A stretch of DNA of 64,000 bases from Hydrolagus affinis (Eukaryota). Where the stretch lies: contig JAAILG010001456.1 in NCBI GenBank assembly GCA_012026655.1, forward strand, positions 1 through 64,000. The letters run 5' to 3'. The notes beneath the pieces were generated by a model that had not been told where the DNA came from, did no database searches, and saw only the letters and a program-made list of their open reading frames with translations. Positions 13,523 to 26,885 of this stretch are shown here, piece by piece; within the stretch, counting starts at the first letter, position 1; every line of letters begins with the position of its first letter. A program made the position numbers and the translations under genes.

Positions 13523-15716
13523 CTGCAAATGAATGGAGAGGGTTCATCCATTGGCACTTATTTCCAATCACTGATTAGTTGTCTCTCAGGGGGAGGAAGA
13601 CAGTTGGCGGCTGTTCAGATGAGGGAGAATATGGAACAACAGAACGCTCATGCAATCTTCGACTGCACTGAATACTCCTAGGTCAAGTGTGGTACACAAA
13701 TGAAGGATTGAGGCTGAGTTCCCACACTTCACCTAGATGATGCAACCTCAGCTAAAATCAATTTCAATCTCTGCTAGACTAGGTGACATTGGCACTCCTA
13801 GATTGAGTAAGATATCTCATTTAAGCATAAGCTTCTGATCTATGTGATCAATTCAGGGTTTATTGTACTGTGGTATTAGGAACACAAAAGAGTCTCCTCT
13901 TTTCAAATCCAAGACACATCCGATCTTCTTTCCAACTGTTCAATTCAGTAGTAAAGACTTGTTTTTGATCCAAGGTTTTACTTCTGCCATTAAAACTATA
14001 ACCTTTAAAGATTTAGCACAACCGAGGTCACTGAAGAGTAAACTCTGATAGCAAACATCTTTCACTTCATTTATAATCCAAACACTGGATTAAATCTTCA
14101 AACATCAGAAGCAGTTATTCAGCCCACCGTTGTGACCAACATTGTCACCTAGTCCTCTGCAAAAAGTTAGCAAAAAGTATAAATGGGTAACATGCAGAAA
14201 ATAGTTTCCTTATGTAAAATGTTCTTTACTTTTGCTCCATGGACAAAGTCCACAAAGTTGGATTGTTTTTCACGTTAATGTGGATGCAATGGTCTTCAAC
14301 ATTCTTTATTTAGATAAGTTTCCAAACATTGCATGATTATTGCTTATCAGCAATTCAGTTTCATAGAGAAATTGGGCCTGGCACAAAGTCTCTCTAAGAA
14401 AGCATTCATTTTTGTAAATGTTAGGGAGCTTCTGAAAGTATCATCTTCACATCATGCAGGTACAGCAGCTAGTTTAGAAGAAACTCTGAGAACACCATGC
14501 CATCCTACATAGAACAAGGTCCAACACCACTGGAAATGGCCCTTTGCTTTACATGAGCATCAGATTAATTAGAACGTATTGCCATTGTTATTCCTTGATT
14601 TAATTTTCCTCCAAGAACTGAGCCATTATGTAAACCAGCTTGGAAACTAAAATGCTTACAGTTTTCTCTCTGACGTCCAGACTTGAGGTCTCCTATTGTA
14701 GCTTTGGTTCTCGATATCCCAGCAAAGTGATACTTACTATTTCAAACTATTTCAGTAACCTCCCAACAATTTAGTTTTAACCTGCACCTCACATTCCTCT
14801 AAATTAGTTGCATAAACTCTTAGAACTAACAGTTCAGTTTTAGTAACAGTTAAAAAAAAGTAAGAACATTAAGGTTAAAAATTCCTTTCAGTGTTACTTC
14901 AATCGACATTCAACATGTAGGCTTTTGATAGGACTTGGCAAAAGACTGAGCGGAATTTTTACCAAATTATTAGGGAGAAATTCCACCTGGATTGGATTTA
15001 CTTTATGAACAGCCTTAACTTTCAAGATGGTTTTCTACAGTTATGAAAAGAACTGACAGAAAAATTGGCTTCAATATTATCTATATTTAAGAATTCATAA
15101 TATTTTGGCTGTTCTAAAATGTCACATTCATAAAGAAAATCTAGACACAGATGGAATTTCTCTCCCTATATCTACACCAATTGGATTACGGATCAACATA
15201 AATTGTGAAGGAAATTTCACTTAAGCAATTACCCTCCCTACTCCTCCAATTATTTGCATGTATCTTTACTTCAAAGATTATTTTGTCACAAACATACAGC
15301 ATACATTCAATCATGACTGATTTCAGTCATGCTTTGGAAAACCAAGATTTTATACTCCAAACACAGGTCAAATTACTGTCTGTGTAAAACATTTCCAAGA
15401 TATAAGATATACAGTTATTTCTTTGTTAATTGGTGCACACTGCACACCTATGGGAAAAATAACATTGCAAATTTTAAGTGTTAATACAAAGTTATGAAGA
15501 GGATACAGAATGGGAGTAGCGGAATACCCAGTTTATTTCTTTATCAACCAGGAAGTGAGTTATACAGTTTACCATCGCAGAGGAATAAACCAGATATTTT
15601 GCTAATCCTTACTGATTTTCTTGATAAAACAGGTGAGGAGATGGTTCATGTTGCATCAATTTTTATTTGATTTATTTCTCTTCCATTTTAAATGGTGATT
15701 GTTACCAGTGACAAAC

Positions 15717-15761
15717 CTGTCACGTGAACAAGCTGTAGCCTCTGCTGTTAGACACAGTGGG
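15717..15761 (-). CDS. ANK2: Candidate 45-nt phase-2 cassette exon of ANK2
   Basis: ttgcag|C CCA CTG TGT CTA ACA GCA GAG GCT ACA GCT TGT TCA CGT GAC AG|gtttgt; open and frame-preserving, but the polypyrimidine tract is weak. Confidence 0.3.
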
Positions 15762-16678
15762 CTGCAATTTTGAAAAGCCACTTAACCATGGTTTAACTTA
15801 ACCAAGAAACATTAAAGTCACCAGCTTTTTCAGCTTCAAATATTATTCCCCTCATGAGTCAGTCATAATCATGACAAAATGTGAGTCATCGAGCGAAGTT
15901 GAATACCCAATGGCTCTCAAAACAGAATATATATATATTTAACTTCTGAGGCCAAAATGAGGAAGAAAGATTGCTGTTCAATTTATAACCAGCCATAAAT
16001 ATGATCCTCTCGATAGTTGGGAAAAGCAGATTTATGGGAGAAATCTGAGAGAGAATATTTATGTCTCACTAAAGTGGGATAACAACAGTGTTTTTCCCGC
16101 AGTTCACTTATCTCAGCACCAGTTGTATAAAGAGAGAAATTAGAATCAGAATTTGAATGGCTTCAAAATGGGTCAGTGCTCTGCGTTATTGATGTCCATA
16201 AATCCATCAATCTAATCCTTGCTATCGGAAAGCATAAGCATTTTAAGTACACAAAAGGTACAAGTAAAACAGGTTCGTTGATTCAGAAATGTTATATTGC
16301 AATAACTCAAGCAAAATGTAAGAAAATTGTGAACCACCTTGATATGATTATTATTACTATAATTATTATTATTATGCTGCTAACCAGTCATCATAGATCT
16401 CTATATGGTAATTTGATTTTTCCTCTTTGTATTTTACTCTGCTTTTTTTTTAAAAAACACATTTGTCCATTCAAAGTAACTGATGGAATAATTATAAAGC
16501 CATCTCCATTCTGGATGATTTGACTTGAGTTACATGGTTGTACAGACACCTGTTTGGAGGGTGGGAGACCCATCAATGTATGTCAAAGCACTGAAGAATT
16601 TTGAGGCTGGGTTACGTAGAGCTGAGAAAACAAAGAAAGCCAAATGGAAGCACATGAAGGCACAGTGCAAATCTTCAC

Positions 16679-16711
16679 CTCGATTCATTTTCAGGGACTA
16701 GCGAGGAGCGG
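16679..16711 (-). CDS. ANK2: Candidate 33-nt microexon of ANK2 (RSSLVPENES)
   Basis: UGC-rich pyrimidine tract, ttcag acceptor, AG|gtgaag donor, phase 2-2, directly upstream of ZU5 where vertebrate ANK2/ANK3 have short alternative exons. Confidence 0.55.
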
Positions 16712-16971
16712 CTGAAACAGAAGATGCATATGAGCACGAGAAAAGCATGGTGCCAGGATGACAGCAGAGTTAATTCACAGAAAAGCCACATGGCAGTGAT
16801 ATTGGTGCTTGGCAACAACAGTCAAACCGCAGCATTGTCTGCACGTAAAGGGTTCTTAGAAATCATTCACTATCCTAATGCCCAAGGGTAAAATATATAG
16901 GGCTTTGCCCTCATAATGTCAATCATAAGTTTGCATTCTGCTCTACTACCATGTTCAACTTTCTCTTTCAA

Positions 16972-17228
16972 TTCCAGGCAGGTCAGGGCAAAACCTTGGG
17001 CAATTTTCCTTACTCCACAAACATAATAATAATCCTTAAAAAAAACACACAATAATAATTTTGGTCATTTCAATCCTGTTTGTGGGATACTGCTGTGCGC
17101 AATTGGCTACCACATTTCGCCCACAAATATTCAGTCAATTCATTCACTTTACAGTATATTTTGTGAAGCACTTTGAGACGTCTGGTGAAAAGCACTATGT
17201 CAAATGCAAGGATTATCATTATTATAAT
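16972..17228 (+). mobile_element. 5'-truncated Deu-domain SINE
   Basis: Same body and tail as the copy at 11988-12313. Confidence 0.8.
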
Positions 17229-19260
17229 TAAGTAATCAAGAAAATGTAGTGATTCCACATGGCCACCAACCAACAGGAGTCTGCAACTAGCAATAATTAT
17301 AATAATCAATATAATCCTTATGTTCGCTACAGCGCCTTTCACGTCAGGAAGACTTCTCAAAGAGTTCACAGCATATACTATGAAGTGTAGTGGCTGCATT
17401 CTTATCTGCAAGCAATGAAACTAATTCACAGTCCAGAGTTTAATCTTCTAGCATGCTGATCCAGAAAAATGTCATACTCTGAATCTTCCTTTTGTTTCTT
17501 TCTTGTTACATTTTCTCCTACATGGTGAGTTTGTGCATACAAATGCAGTATTCCATTCGGCATAAATGCCTGGAAGACATCAACCAAATTAAAGCGGCAT
17601 ATATTTCTCATTCGAGTCTTTACACCACCACATTTTAGAGTTGTTTCCAACTGGCAGATACAGTGACTAACATTCAAATTGATTTTACTGCTGGAAATAA
17701 TGTTGGGAGTAATGCTTTATTGACCAAATGCTAAGCAGGATAATTAGGGGATACTATGGTGGGGGTATCAATTAATCTCTGTTGTTTAGTATCAATTCTA
17801 CAAAACTTCAAAAGGAATCTGGGATAGTTAATAAGACATAGATCTGCCTATTATTTCTACCATACCGTACATATTATTGAATATCACAAATTCCTATTGA
17901 AGATTTTCAGTATTGACAGTAAACAGTAAATATTAAATAGATCTACCTATGGCAAGTGTGGGGAAGGATCTTTTCCAACACCTAGAACAACTCACATAGT
18001 GATTTCAAAACCAGCCAAACCATTCAGTTTAAAATATCCTCCCTGCTCTGCCGGTACAATTATTTGGGGCAATTTCAATCCTGATCACAGCCAGCCTTGC
18101 GGTCACAGTGAGCCCTAGAGTCACAGGGAGACCGGGATCATAGCCAGCCTTGGGGTCACAGGGATACCTGACCTCATTATATTTAGCACTGAAATTTAAA
18201 ATCTTTTTTTTAGAAAGGTCACAGGCAGCTGGTGTGGGAGGTAGAAGGATATATACTGTGCACCTTTTGATGTTTGGGGATGGACACAGTTGGACAAGAG
18301 AAGATGGAGAGAGTGAAGATAAGGAAGTTGATTGACGAATCTTTCCACATACATTTCACTAGTCAATCCCAACTGGAGATGCGAGAAACAACACTCACTT
18401 CAGTCTTGTTTTGGTAACTTAAGAATGAGGCATGTCTGTGTGTGGTGTGAGGGATAATATGTATTTCTAAAGATCTTTGAAAGTAGCTGTGTTCCTTCCA
18501 TTTAAGAAAAATGAGTACTCTGTCCTTACTGAAGCTATTAACCTATCAACAAAATTTTTCCCTGGATTTATCTCTTTTTTTTGCACCACAGTTACTGTTG
18601 ATTTGTGCTGTCACCAGCTGCTCTACTGTGAATGTGATTGCTTTTGAAGCCATGCTGAATGATGAACATGAAAAGTTGAAAAGGCAGCCATCTGCTCCTC
18701 CTTTAAAAGTCCTACTCAGCCTTTAAATCATCTAAGTGGACACCTAAATTGGTGACACTGTCAAAATGGTTCATTCGCAGAAAAATTGCATCTGGGATGA
18801 ATTGAATGATCAGGCACTTGAAATCTGGTACACCATTACTGCATGCTTTATATTATTTGTTGAAACTTGGGTGTGAATCTTCCAGCCACCCATTTCAAAT
18901 CAATATTTTCTTTAACCGAAGAGCAGCAAAATACTGTACATCTTTACTTATAGTTTACAAAGGTAAGACTCTTTTGAGCACATTTTTGAAATGAGCAGAG
19001 CTTTCATTCCAGAAAAGGTTTGGCTTCCAATTCCTGGTGTCCCGATTTTTTCCCAAAGGGAAATGTTAAGTGGTCTGTATGTTCTATAAAACATAGGAAC
19101 TTTATTGGTCTGGGAATCGTTCCAAACAACACTAATAGGAGGGCATGGTGCTGCAGTATGTTACTGTACCAATCCACTGTGCAATAGAGTGGTAGGGAAC
19201 AAATTCGCCCCACACAGTTCCCCATGCCATGAAGAGGAGGTGGTGAGGCCACATACTTAC

Positions 19261-19440
19261 CCATAGAGAGGGACAGTAAAATCAGAGGGAGAGGCATCCA
19301 GGGCCACTGTGGTGTACCTCCTAATAGGTGACTCAAGAGTGTCACCATCAGAGCCCTGGAAGTAGGTTGTCTGCCCACTCTCTTGGCATTGGAGCACCAA
19401 TGGCCCACGCCACCGTCCAGCCTTGATTTTCTGAAAATTT
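19261..19440 (-). CDS. ANK2: Candidate 180-nt phase-2 cassette exon of ANK2
   Basis: CTAAC branch-like site, tttag acceptor, 60 open codons in the ANK2 frame and a consensus GG|gtaagt donor. Confidence 0.55.
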
Positions 19441-21046
19441 CTAAAGATAAGTATCATGAAGCAGGTTAGAGAAATGCACAGAACCTAAAAATACTGATTC
19501 ATTCAAAATGTTCTTGGAAATAACTCAATCGTGATCTTGAATTGGTTGAATTTGTTCAGTCCTTGAATATCCACACAAACTGCTATTTGATGGTCCTCAT
19601 ACGTTTATGCAGCCAATAACTGAGCACTAGATCAACAGCTATGTGCGACAAAATGCTATACTGGTACAAGATATTTTTTTAAAGATAAAAACGTCAAATG
19701 AGTGTTCATTAATCACTCTGATAGTCAATACAAAATCCAGCAGCGGAGGAAATAAACACTGAAGTCAGAAAATAACTGCCTAGATTCACACAATTCTATA
19801 ATGCAATTTTGAAAGTACTGTAGAACTGTACTGACAAACAAGGTGATATAAACATTGTCCATACTATTTTTTCTCCAAACAGCAACTGCAAATAAAAGAA
19901 AAGGATTCATGAACTGATGCTTCCAGTGCAGAGTTTACACAGTTTACTGAGACTATCCTTGAGCTTGATTACACTATTTGTTGGATCAATCGAATGTCTA
20001 ACATATGTAGAAAGAGAATCTAAACCAGAGTTGCACATATCTTTACCATCTGTGCAAGGAAATTTCCCTGGTCTGGAATGGAATGTGCACTCTCTCCCTG
20101 GCGGAATGGATCCTGCTTTCCTAGTGCTGGAGAGTACTAGATGTAGATTGTCAAGAGCTAAGATTTAGAAACCCCAGACTATGCATTGAGAGTCCTGTTA
20201 GAATTCAACCAACCCAAACCAAATATTTTCCTATTGTCAATTACTGCTTGGCAAGCTTCCAAACTATAGCCACCCTATCCACTAGGGCTTCAGTTTGCGG
20301 GACTAAAAGGAGCCAAGTGAGAAAAATCCTCATCTCCAGTGACTGGTATGTACCTCCAATTCCTGCTGACGTTAGGATGATCTATCATCAACAAGGTCCT
20401 GGAGTAGGCCTACTGCAGACTTATTTGGTTCAGGAACCAGATTACCAAGGCAACCGCAGAGAATTGACTCAATCTTGAAATTCAGTTGCCAAGCACGTCA
20501 CGTTGGAGCCAGCTCAGCCCCCAGAGTCCCCTGCTTCCCTCCTCCCTCTACCCCAAGAGAGGATAGTAACTAATTAGTCACTTGCCATCCATTCTTCGAC
20601 AAAAGTGATTTTAAAAATGTAGGCTTCTTGCTTATTGAGAGGGCAGCAGACAGGAGATGACTGTGAGTGCAATATTCTGGAAACTGCAACAAAGGGCCAC
20701 CTCTAAAAAGTCTGTTTTTGGCAGCATTGTAATTTGTAATAGTCGCCATAATATGTATAAAACCTCTGTAGCATCTCTGAACAGGAATAGAATGCCGGCC
20801 TAACAAGATCACAGTTTCCCATGTTTTCTTTTTGTTGTATTTTCGGTTAGCAATATAAAACTAAAATAATCTGTAAATACTATAATGAGAGGAAACATAT
20901 CCTGCTAATACAGAACAGGATAACATGTACCTCTCTCCATCTCCTCACACCTCCTCTCCATCTCCTCACACCTCCTTTCCCCCATTCTGTGCCTCATCAG
21001 GTTCCACGCACAAGCTTATATATAGATTTTCTTATTTGTTGCTTAC

Positions 21047-21150
21047 CCTGAATGGATCGGGCTGGAGGAAAGAGCCACATTGTCCAGGTTCTCTTGTTCC
21101 CAACTTAAGCGGTAGGTGGAATCCTTATCTGGGCCTTTGGCCAGAAGTAC
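21047..21150 (-). CDS. ANK2: Ankyrin-2 linker exon (104 nt)
   Basis: [35 protein letters not shown] versus human ...[23 protein letters not shown]; gtaagc donor. Confidence 0.92.
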
Positions 21151-21534
21151 CTGTATGCACAGAGTTAATTTCTTTGAGGAAACAGGTTGTCTATGTAAAT
21201 ATTAATCACTAATTAAAAAGTTTAATTATATCTAGAAATAGTAATGATTCATGTGCATAGACGTAAGAGCATTTAATTCTACATTTGTAAAAGAAAACAA
21301 TTACAATTTAATATTACTCCACACAATAACTACACAAATATCATGCTGCAGCACATTTAAACTTTTCACCAAGAAAAGTGTTCAGTAACTGATTTGATTT
21401 TTTATATCCCACATAAACAGATGTAAAATTTTGTAAAATTGTAAAATTGTCTTCATAATTACACTGAATTATATCATGAAGAACATTAAGGTGTTTATGC
21501 AAGAGAATATTTCTCAATGAACTGAAAAGGAACA

Positions 21535-21891
21535 AGCCTTACACTCGTGTTCAAATCCCTTCCTGCCCTGGCACCTCTCTACCTCTTCAATTTCCACCAC
21601 CCAGCACCTCCAATTGACTGGCACCAGCCTCCTGCTTATCCCTCGCATCCTCCGCCCTGCCATTGAACATTGTGCCACTATGCCCCAAAACTCTGGAACA
21701 CTTTCCGTCAATCCCTCTGCCTTGTCCCCTCTCTCCCCTTTTTCCAAATCCCAGCAGAAAAAACCTTTCTTCTCAACCGGGCTTACGGTCACTGCCTCCC
21801 TTCCCCTCCAGCTCGGAGTCTAGCCCTACCATTGTTAAGCTTTCTGAGACGCATGGAGGGTGCTGTATAAGTGCAAGGTGCTGTTGTTGTA
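21535..21891 (+). mobile_element. Degraded L2 3' fragment
   Basis: Encodes HYAPKLWNT-like remnant and ends in an L2 tail (gctgtataagtgcaaggtgctgttgttg). Ends are approximate. Confidence 0.65.
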
Positions 21892-22102
21892 GCAAGATGC
21901 AAATGAAACACAGCAACATAAATAATCACTAAAACATCACAGAAAAGCATTCAACAGAAATTTATAATTTATAATCATTTATAATCATTATCACATCACA
22001 ATGATACTCCGTATCTTGCAAACACAATAGTATTCCATCAAAACAAAACACAAAATATTACAGATGCTGGAAATCTGAAACAAAAACCATAGTATTCCAT
22101 AC

Positions 22103-22205
22103 CTGGCTGTTGGTAGCAGTGACAAACTCCTCGATCATGGCACTGTCCCTTTGGCATGGGCCATGGCTTGGTGTGTTGGACCTGTCTGAACTGAAGGATC
22201 GCAGG
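22103..22205 (-). CDS. ANK2: Ankyrin-2 linker exon (103 nt)
   Basis: [35 protein letters not shown] versus human [27 protein letters not shown]; canonical splice sites. Confidence 0.9.
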
Positions 22206-24923
22206 CTAATGGATGGGTGGGCAGGTTGCCATGGAAATGGAGCAGCACGATGATGATGGGATGGGTAGGGGAGTGAAGAAAGCATGTTGTTAGCATATTA
22301 TGCAACTTCCAGGGGGCTGGGAATTAGAATAAGGAAAAGAAAGTGAACCCACTGACAGTGCTCATCAGATGCAGCACTAAATAGACAGAATATTCAACCA
22401 TCACTAACCACTGGATGAACCAAATTGAGGTGGAGGTAGTATTGGTTATGGTTGGAAACCAATCAATAGTTTAACGAATTAAACAACCAATTGTTTGAAT
22501 ATACGATACATAAAAGAACCTGGGGTGAAATTTTTGGCATCTTAATAGCACGATCTTTGTGATGATTATCACAAGGAATGTCTTGTGAAATGGCGCAAAT
22601 TTCACCCAGTGTAGAAATGACAAGATGTTTTGCTCAAACCTATGTTGCTCCACTCTCCAGGCTAAAGTGATTCAGAAAATAGGAATTGAAGTGGCTTTCA
22701 GAGCCACTCTATTTTTTCTGCTGGGTAAGTGACCCAATACACAAACAAATCACTGTGCAGAAAAGAGCACCAAGTATCTCATGCAATTAAAATAATGAAA
22801 TAACATTGTATTAATTCAAACTACAGTATCACCAATCTAAGAGGATAAACTATCACACAAAAAATCTCAAAAGAGAAATTTGATTAGATAATTTTCACCT
22901 CAATACTTAAAAATCTGCTCCTTTTAGGGGTGATCAGCAGGATCATTTTAATTCTGTGTGGACTGATTAGGCACCTAGACACTGAGCACACCCTCTTGTC
23001 CAAACCCTTGGAAGATACGCTACAGTTAAGTCAACCATATGCTATTTCAAGCAAGAAGTCTACGCTGAGTTTTATGGCTGCAGGTCCATAATTTCTAGTT
23101 TCTAGTTTCCTTCAGCTTCAGCTTCAGCTAAATGAATATCACGACAAGTAACATATTGGAATCCTATGGAAAAATTTTAAACCAATCACTGGCAGCAAGT
23201 GGCTTCTGACCCTCAATGACGAATGTTATTTCTATGTAAAATACAGAAATCTTAATAAAATCCATGCAGGGGAGGGCCTAAATGAAAATCTTTATTCTCA
23301 TCAGCCATGTATATTGGTGTGTCTATGAGAATGTGTTTGGGGAGTGTGGAGGGGAGATGTTTTTGTGCCTTAATTTACCAATTTAATCTGATGTGTGTTT
23401 AATGATTCTCAGTTGAAAATATAGTTTTGGAAGCTATGTCATATTTTATGCAAATAATGCAAACAACAGCAAACTGATTAACAGTATTTAAAAACATATT
23501 GATACAACGACTTGCAAAGTGTCTCAAAGTGTTTCAGAAAAATGGTTCTGGAGACCAAGTGGAGAGGTAACTGTGGGCAAAATCAAAGAGGTAGCATTTC
23601 AGTAGGATTTTAAAAACTGTTAGGAAGGGGTAGAGGCCAGAAAGGGTGATCCACAAGATTGAGGCATAATGAATGAAAGCTTGGTCACTAATGGTAGGGC
23701 AAAGGGGGCAAAGTTATTTTCTTTATAACAATTTGTTCAAATTGAACAGTGATAATTTTGCAGGTGTGATAGCCCACTGGGCGATGAGGTTGCAAATCTC
23801 GAGGGCTCTGTTGCAATGAGACTGGAAATGTCACAGAGGTAAGAAAAACAATCAATAGCAAGTGGTTCTAAAGTCAAACTCTTTTTTTTCCCTTTTTTGG
23901 TGAAATTTTTCCAAGTGGGCTTGGGTTTTAAGCTGAGGTTCAATGATCTGGTTATTTTTGCCCTGCATGAGTCAGCTAGAAATGTGCTCCTAAAGAGTTA
24001 AGTGCTGGTGAATGTGAAGGCAGCGAGTATAGCGATGGAGATGGGAGGCAGGCAGAGAGCTGCAGCCGCTCATTCGGTGCTCTGTGTTACCTTAATGTGG
24101 CAGCCAAGTAAGCCAGCTCCACGCAATCTATATGGATGGAGTCAGTGCGGAATCTTTGCAACATGGCAATGATTATTAATGGCATAAAAATCAAGATTTA
24201 GTCATCTCCACAGTTAAAACCTTCACATCAAATAAGAAAGCTGCCACGCCTGCAAAATAAGGAATATCACTGCACCATGCTTTGTTTAATACTTAACAGC
24301 CAAATACTGCATCAGAAACAGAGAGAGAGAGAGGGATAGCACTAACTCTCAGCATGAACAGTAAATAGGTGTTGACAGTAAATACCAAACAGAGGAGACT
24401 GACAGCAAAATCAAAATCAATCTATATATATATACTGTATATATTTTCCACATAAAATACCTGAACGTTGAAATATTTTGTCTCTGAAGCCAGAACGTGT
24501 GTCTTTAAAACATAAATCCAGCAATCGAATGGTGGTGGTGGTGTGGTGGGGAGGAAACAATTATAAAATAATAATTGAGCTTCCACAGCTCCCTTTGGTC
24601 AATCAGTGGTAGAATCCAGCTGAATAATCCAAGCTGCCAAATATCAGACAAGTCACAAGCAGAAGGCAATAATGATAGCTCTAGCAGCATTATCAGTCTC
24701 ACGTCGATCCAACCCAGCCCAAAGTGCAGCTTAGCAGTGAACACAAGAAGACACCGCGGAATGTGATGCAGCCATGAAAATTGCTTTAGTGCATAGGGTG
24801 AGCATCCACACCCCACATCCCATTTTCCTCCCACACCCAAGCAGCATTATCTCAACTAAAGAGTGGGTTGCAGACAGAGCCATCATTGCACTGTGAGATT
24901 TCTCTGTATCGGAGACCACCTAC

Positions 24924-24935
24924 CTGTGAACGGCA
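24924..24935 (-). CDS. ANK2: Candidate 12-nt microexon of ANK2
   Basis: Long AG-free pyrimidine tract ending atatgctttcatacag|TGCCGTTCACAG|gtaggt; phase 2-2, in frame. Confidence 0.55.
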
Positions 24936-25652
24936 CTGTATGAAAGCATATGAAAAGGAGAGGGAAAACAGCAACAATGAAGGGAAAATGGTTGAACAAT
25001 GGTAAAACTATTCTCAATCTCTCACACACATACGCATGTGCACAAGTATAGAAAGACAAGATTAAGGTACATATAAAAAACGAGACCTTAGACTCCATGG
25101 TTGACTGAAGCTGACCAACACACCTTATTTCACAACAATACTCCATTTACTTTGATAATTTGAAGGGATAGATTTGTGTTTGATTAAACACATAAAATCT
25201 CACAGTACACTTTGTTTCATGCCAGAGAGAGAGAGAGAAACTAATAATTATGTTTCCTAGTGGTATTCTGGAGCAATAATTACTCAAAGACCAGCGTTTG
25301 GGTAAGATAAAGTAAAATAATGTTAGTTATAGCTGGAAATTGTAAAACTTGGAATCTTAACATTTGGGCCTTGGCCCCTTTGCAAATAGTAAGCCTCGAC
25401 TCTTGCCAACTGGTGCCTAATACTCTCTGGAGTTAGCAGGATTTGTCCCTTCAGAGAGAGAGTCCATACTGCATTTCAATTAATATCTCTGGAATTTCCA
25501 TGTATAAATGGGAATGCATGGAACTGTTTGGTTTGGATACCCTTAAGCATGGTGATGGGTTCTGGAATGAAGCAGACACTTGGCAAGTTGCAAATAGTAA
25601 ATTCAATGTATCTTTCAGCCTTTTGTCCTTTTCCATCACAGTTTTCAAAATA

Positions 25653-25864
25653 CAGTAAAAGCCCATTTATCCAGCACCCTCGGGACCTGGGCAATGCCGG
25701 TTAAAGCGCCTGCCGGATATTCGGGCGAAAACGCAAAAAAAAAAAATTTTTTCAATGTATTTTTCTGGATAAATTCCGGTTAATTGAATGTGCACATTTA
25801 TTTTGTGATGCCGGTTATCCGGAAGTTACGGTTGATCAGCTGCCGGATAAACGGGCTTTTACTG
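25653..25864. mobile_element. 212-bp Tigger/pogo-like MITE
   Basis: 24-bp TIRs CAGTAAAAGCCC(A/G)TTTATCC(A/G)GCA, flanked by TA on both sides. Confidence 0.88.
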
Positions 25865-26536
25865 TATGTTGTTGGTTGTTATACATGATTATTATAAAAT
25901 ATGTGGTTGGTTATGCTATTTTCTCCCCATCTTTCCCCATTTTTTCTACTGGTTGGGTGTATATTTTGGGTCAAAAAAGGTGAATCTGTGTCTATTTTTT
26001 TTGCCAGTACAACTCAGCTCCTTGTAACCAGGAGGAGTTATTTCCTTCCTTATTGGAAACTGGCTCCTTGAAAGCAAGGATGAAATTGCGAACTGTATTC
26101 CTCTCTACGAAATGGTGTTGCAGGAGCTTATTATTTTGTGCACAATCCCCAATGTGCTACCCATACTATGGAAGTATACTGGAGCCAACGTACCATGTGG
26201 AACGGTTATATTCACCAGTGCTGAAGGGTACCACGACCGGCAATAAGATTATAGGGAACACCACATTTCTATTAAATTTGTGCTCGGTCTGTGTTTTGCA
26301 ACTAAAATGTATGTGCAAATGCATGAGTTTGGCCTTGTCACACATATATAACTCATCAGCTTTGCTGGGTTAGTTGTGGCACAAAAGTAATATACAGGTG
26401 ATGGCAAGAAGCCCTTGCATCAAAGCCTTGGGATGTCCTCCCAACGTAAAAGGCGCTCTATAAATGTAATTTTGTTGTTGTTGTTGGGCTGGAGCAAATC
26501 CAGCAGGACATCACACAATACCTGTGCTAAATGCAC

Positions 26537-26885
26537 AAGAGAGGGAGGGGGACAACAAGAGAGATTGAGAAAAACGAGAGATAAATAAAGAAAGGAAGGG
26601 ATAACCAGGTTAGAAATGAAATAGGTAAATAGAAATGAGAGAGAGAGGGAAATTAGAGATAGGGAAATGAGAGAGGAAGAGTTAAGAGAAAATAAGATAA
26701 ATATAGGGTGAGAGATACAAGATGTGCTTGTAATAAAGAACGAATATGGGAAACATTAAAAAAGATAGAGTAAAAAGAGTGTAAATTTTAAAAACACAGA
26801 GAGAGTGTGGGTGGAGAAAAACAAGAGAGAAGAGTGTGGGTGAGAAAAATGAGAGCAGGCGGAAAAATGAGAGAGTGGGTGAAGA
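26537..26885. repeat. GA-rich low-complexity tract
   Basis: About 350 bp of strong purine bias (gagagaaaat...). Confidence 0.7.

Noticed and set aside
18080-20974. Short direct repeats (about 26-bp units near 18083 and 18136; 21 bp x2 at 20933-20974)
   Set aside because: Two-copy local duplications with no array structure; not CRISPR-like and unremarkable in vertebrate introns.
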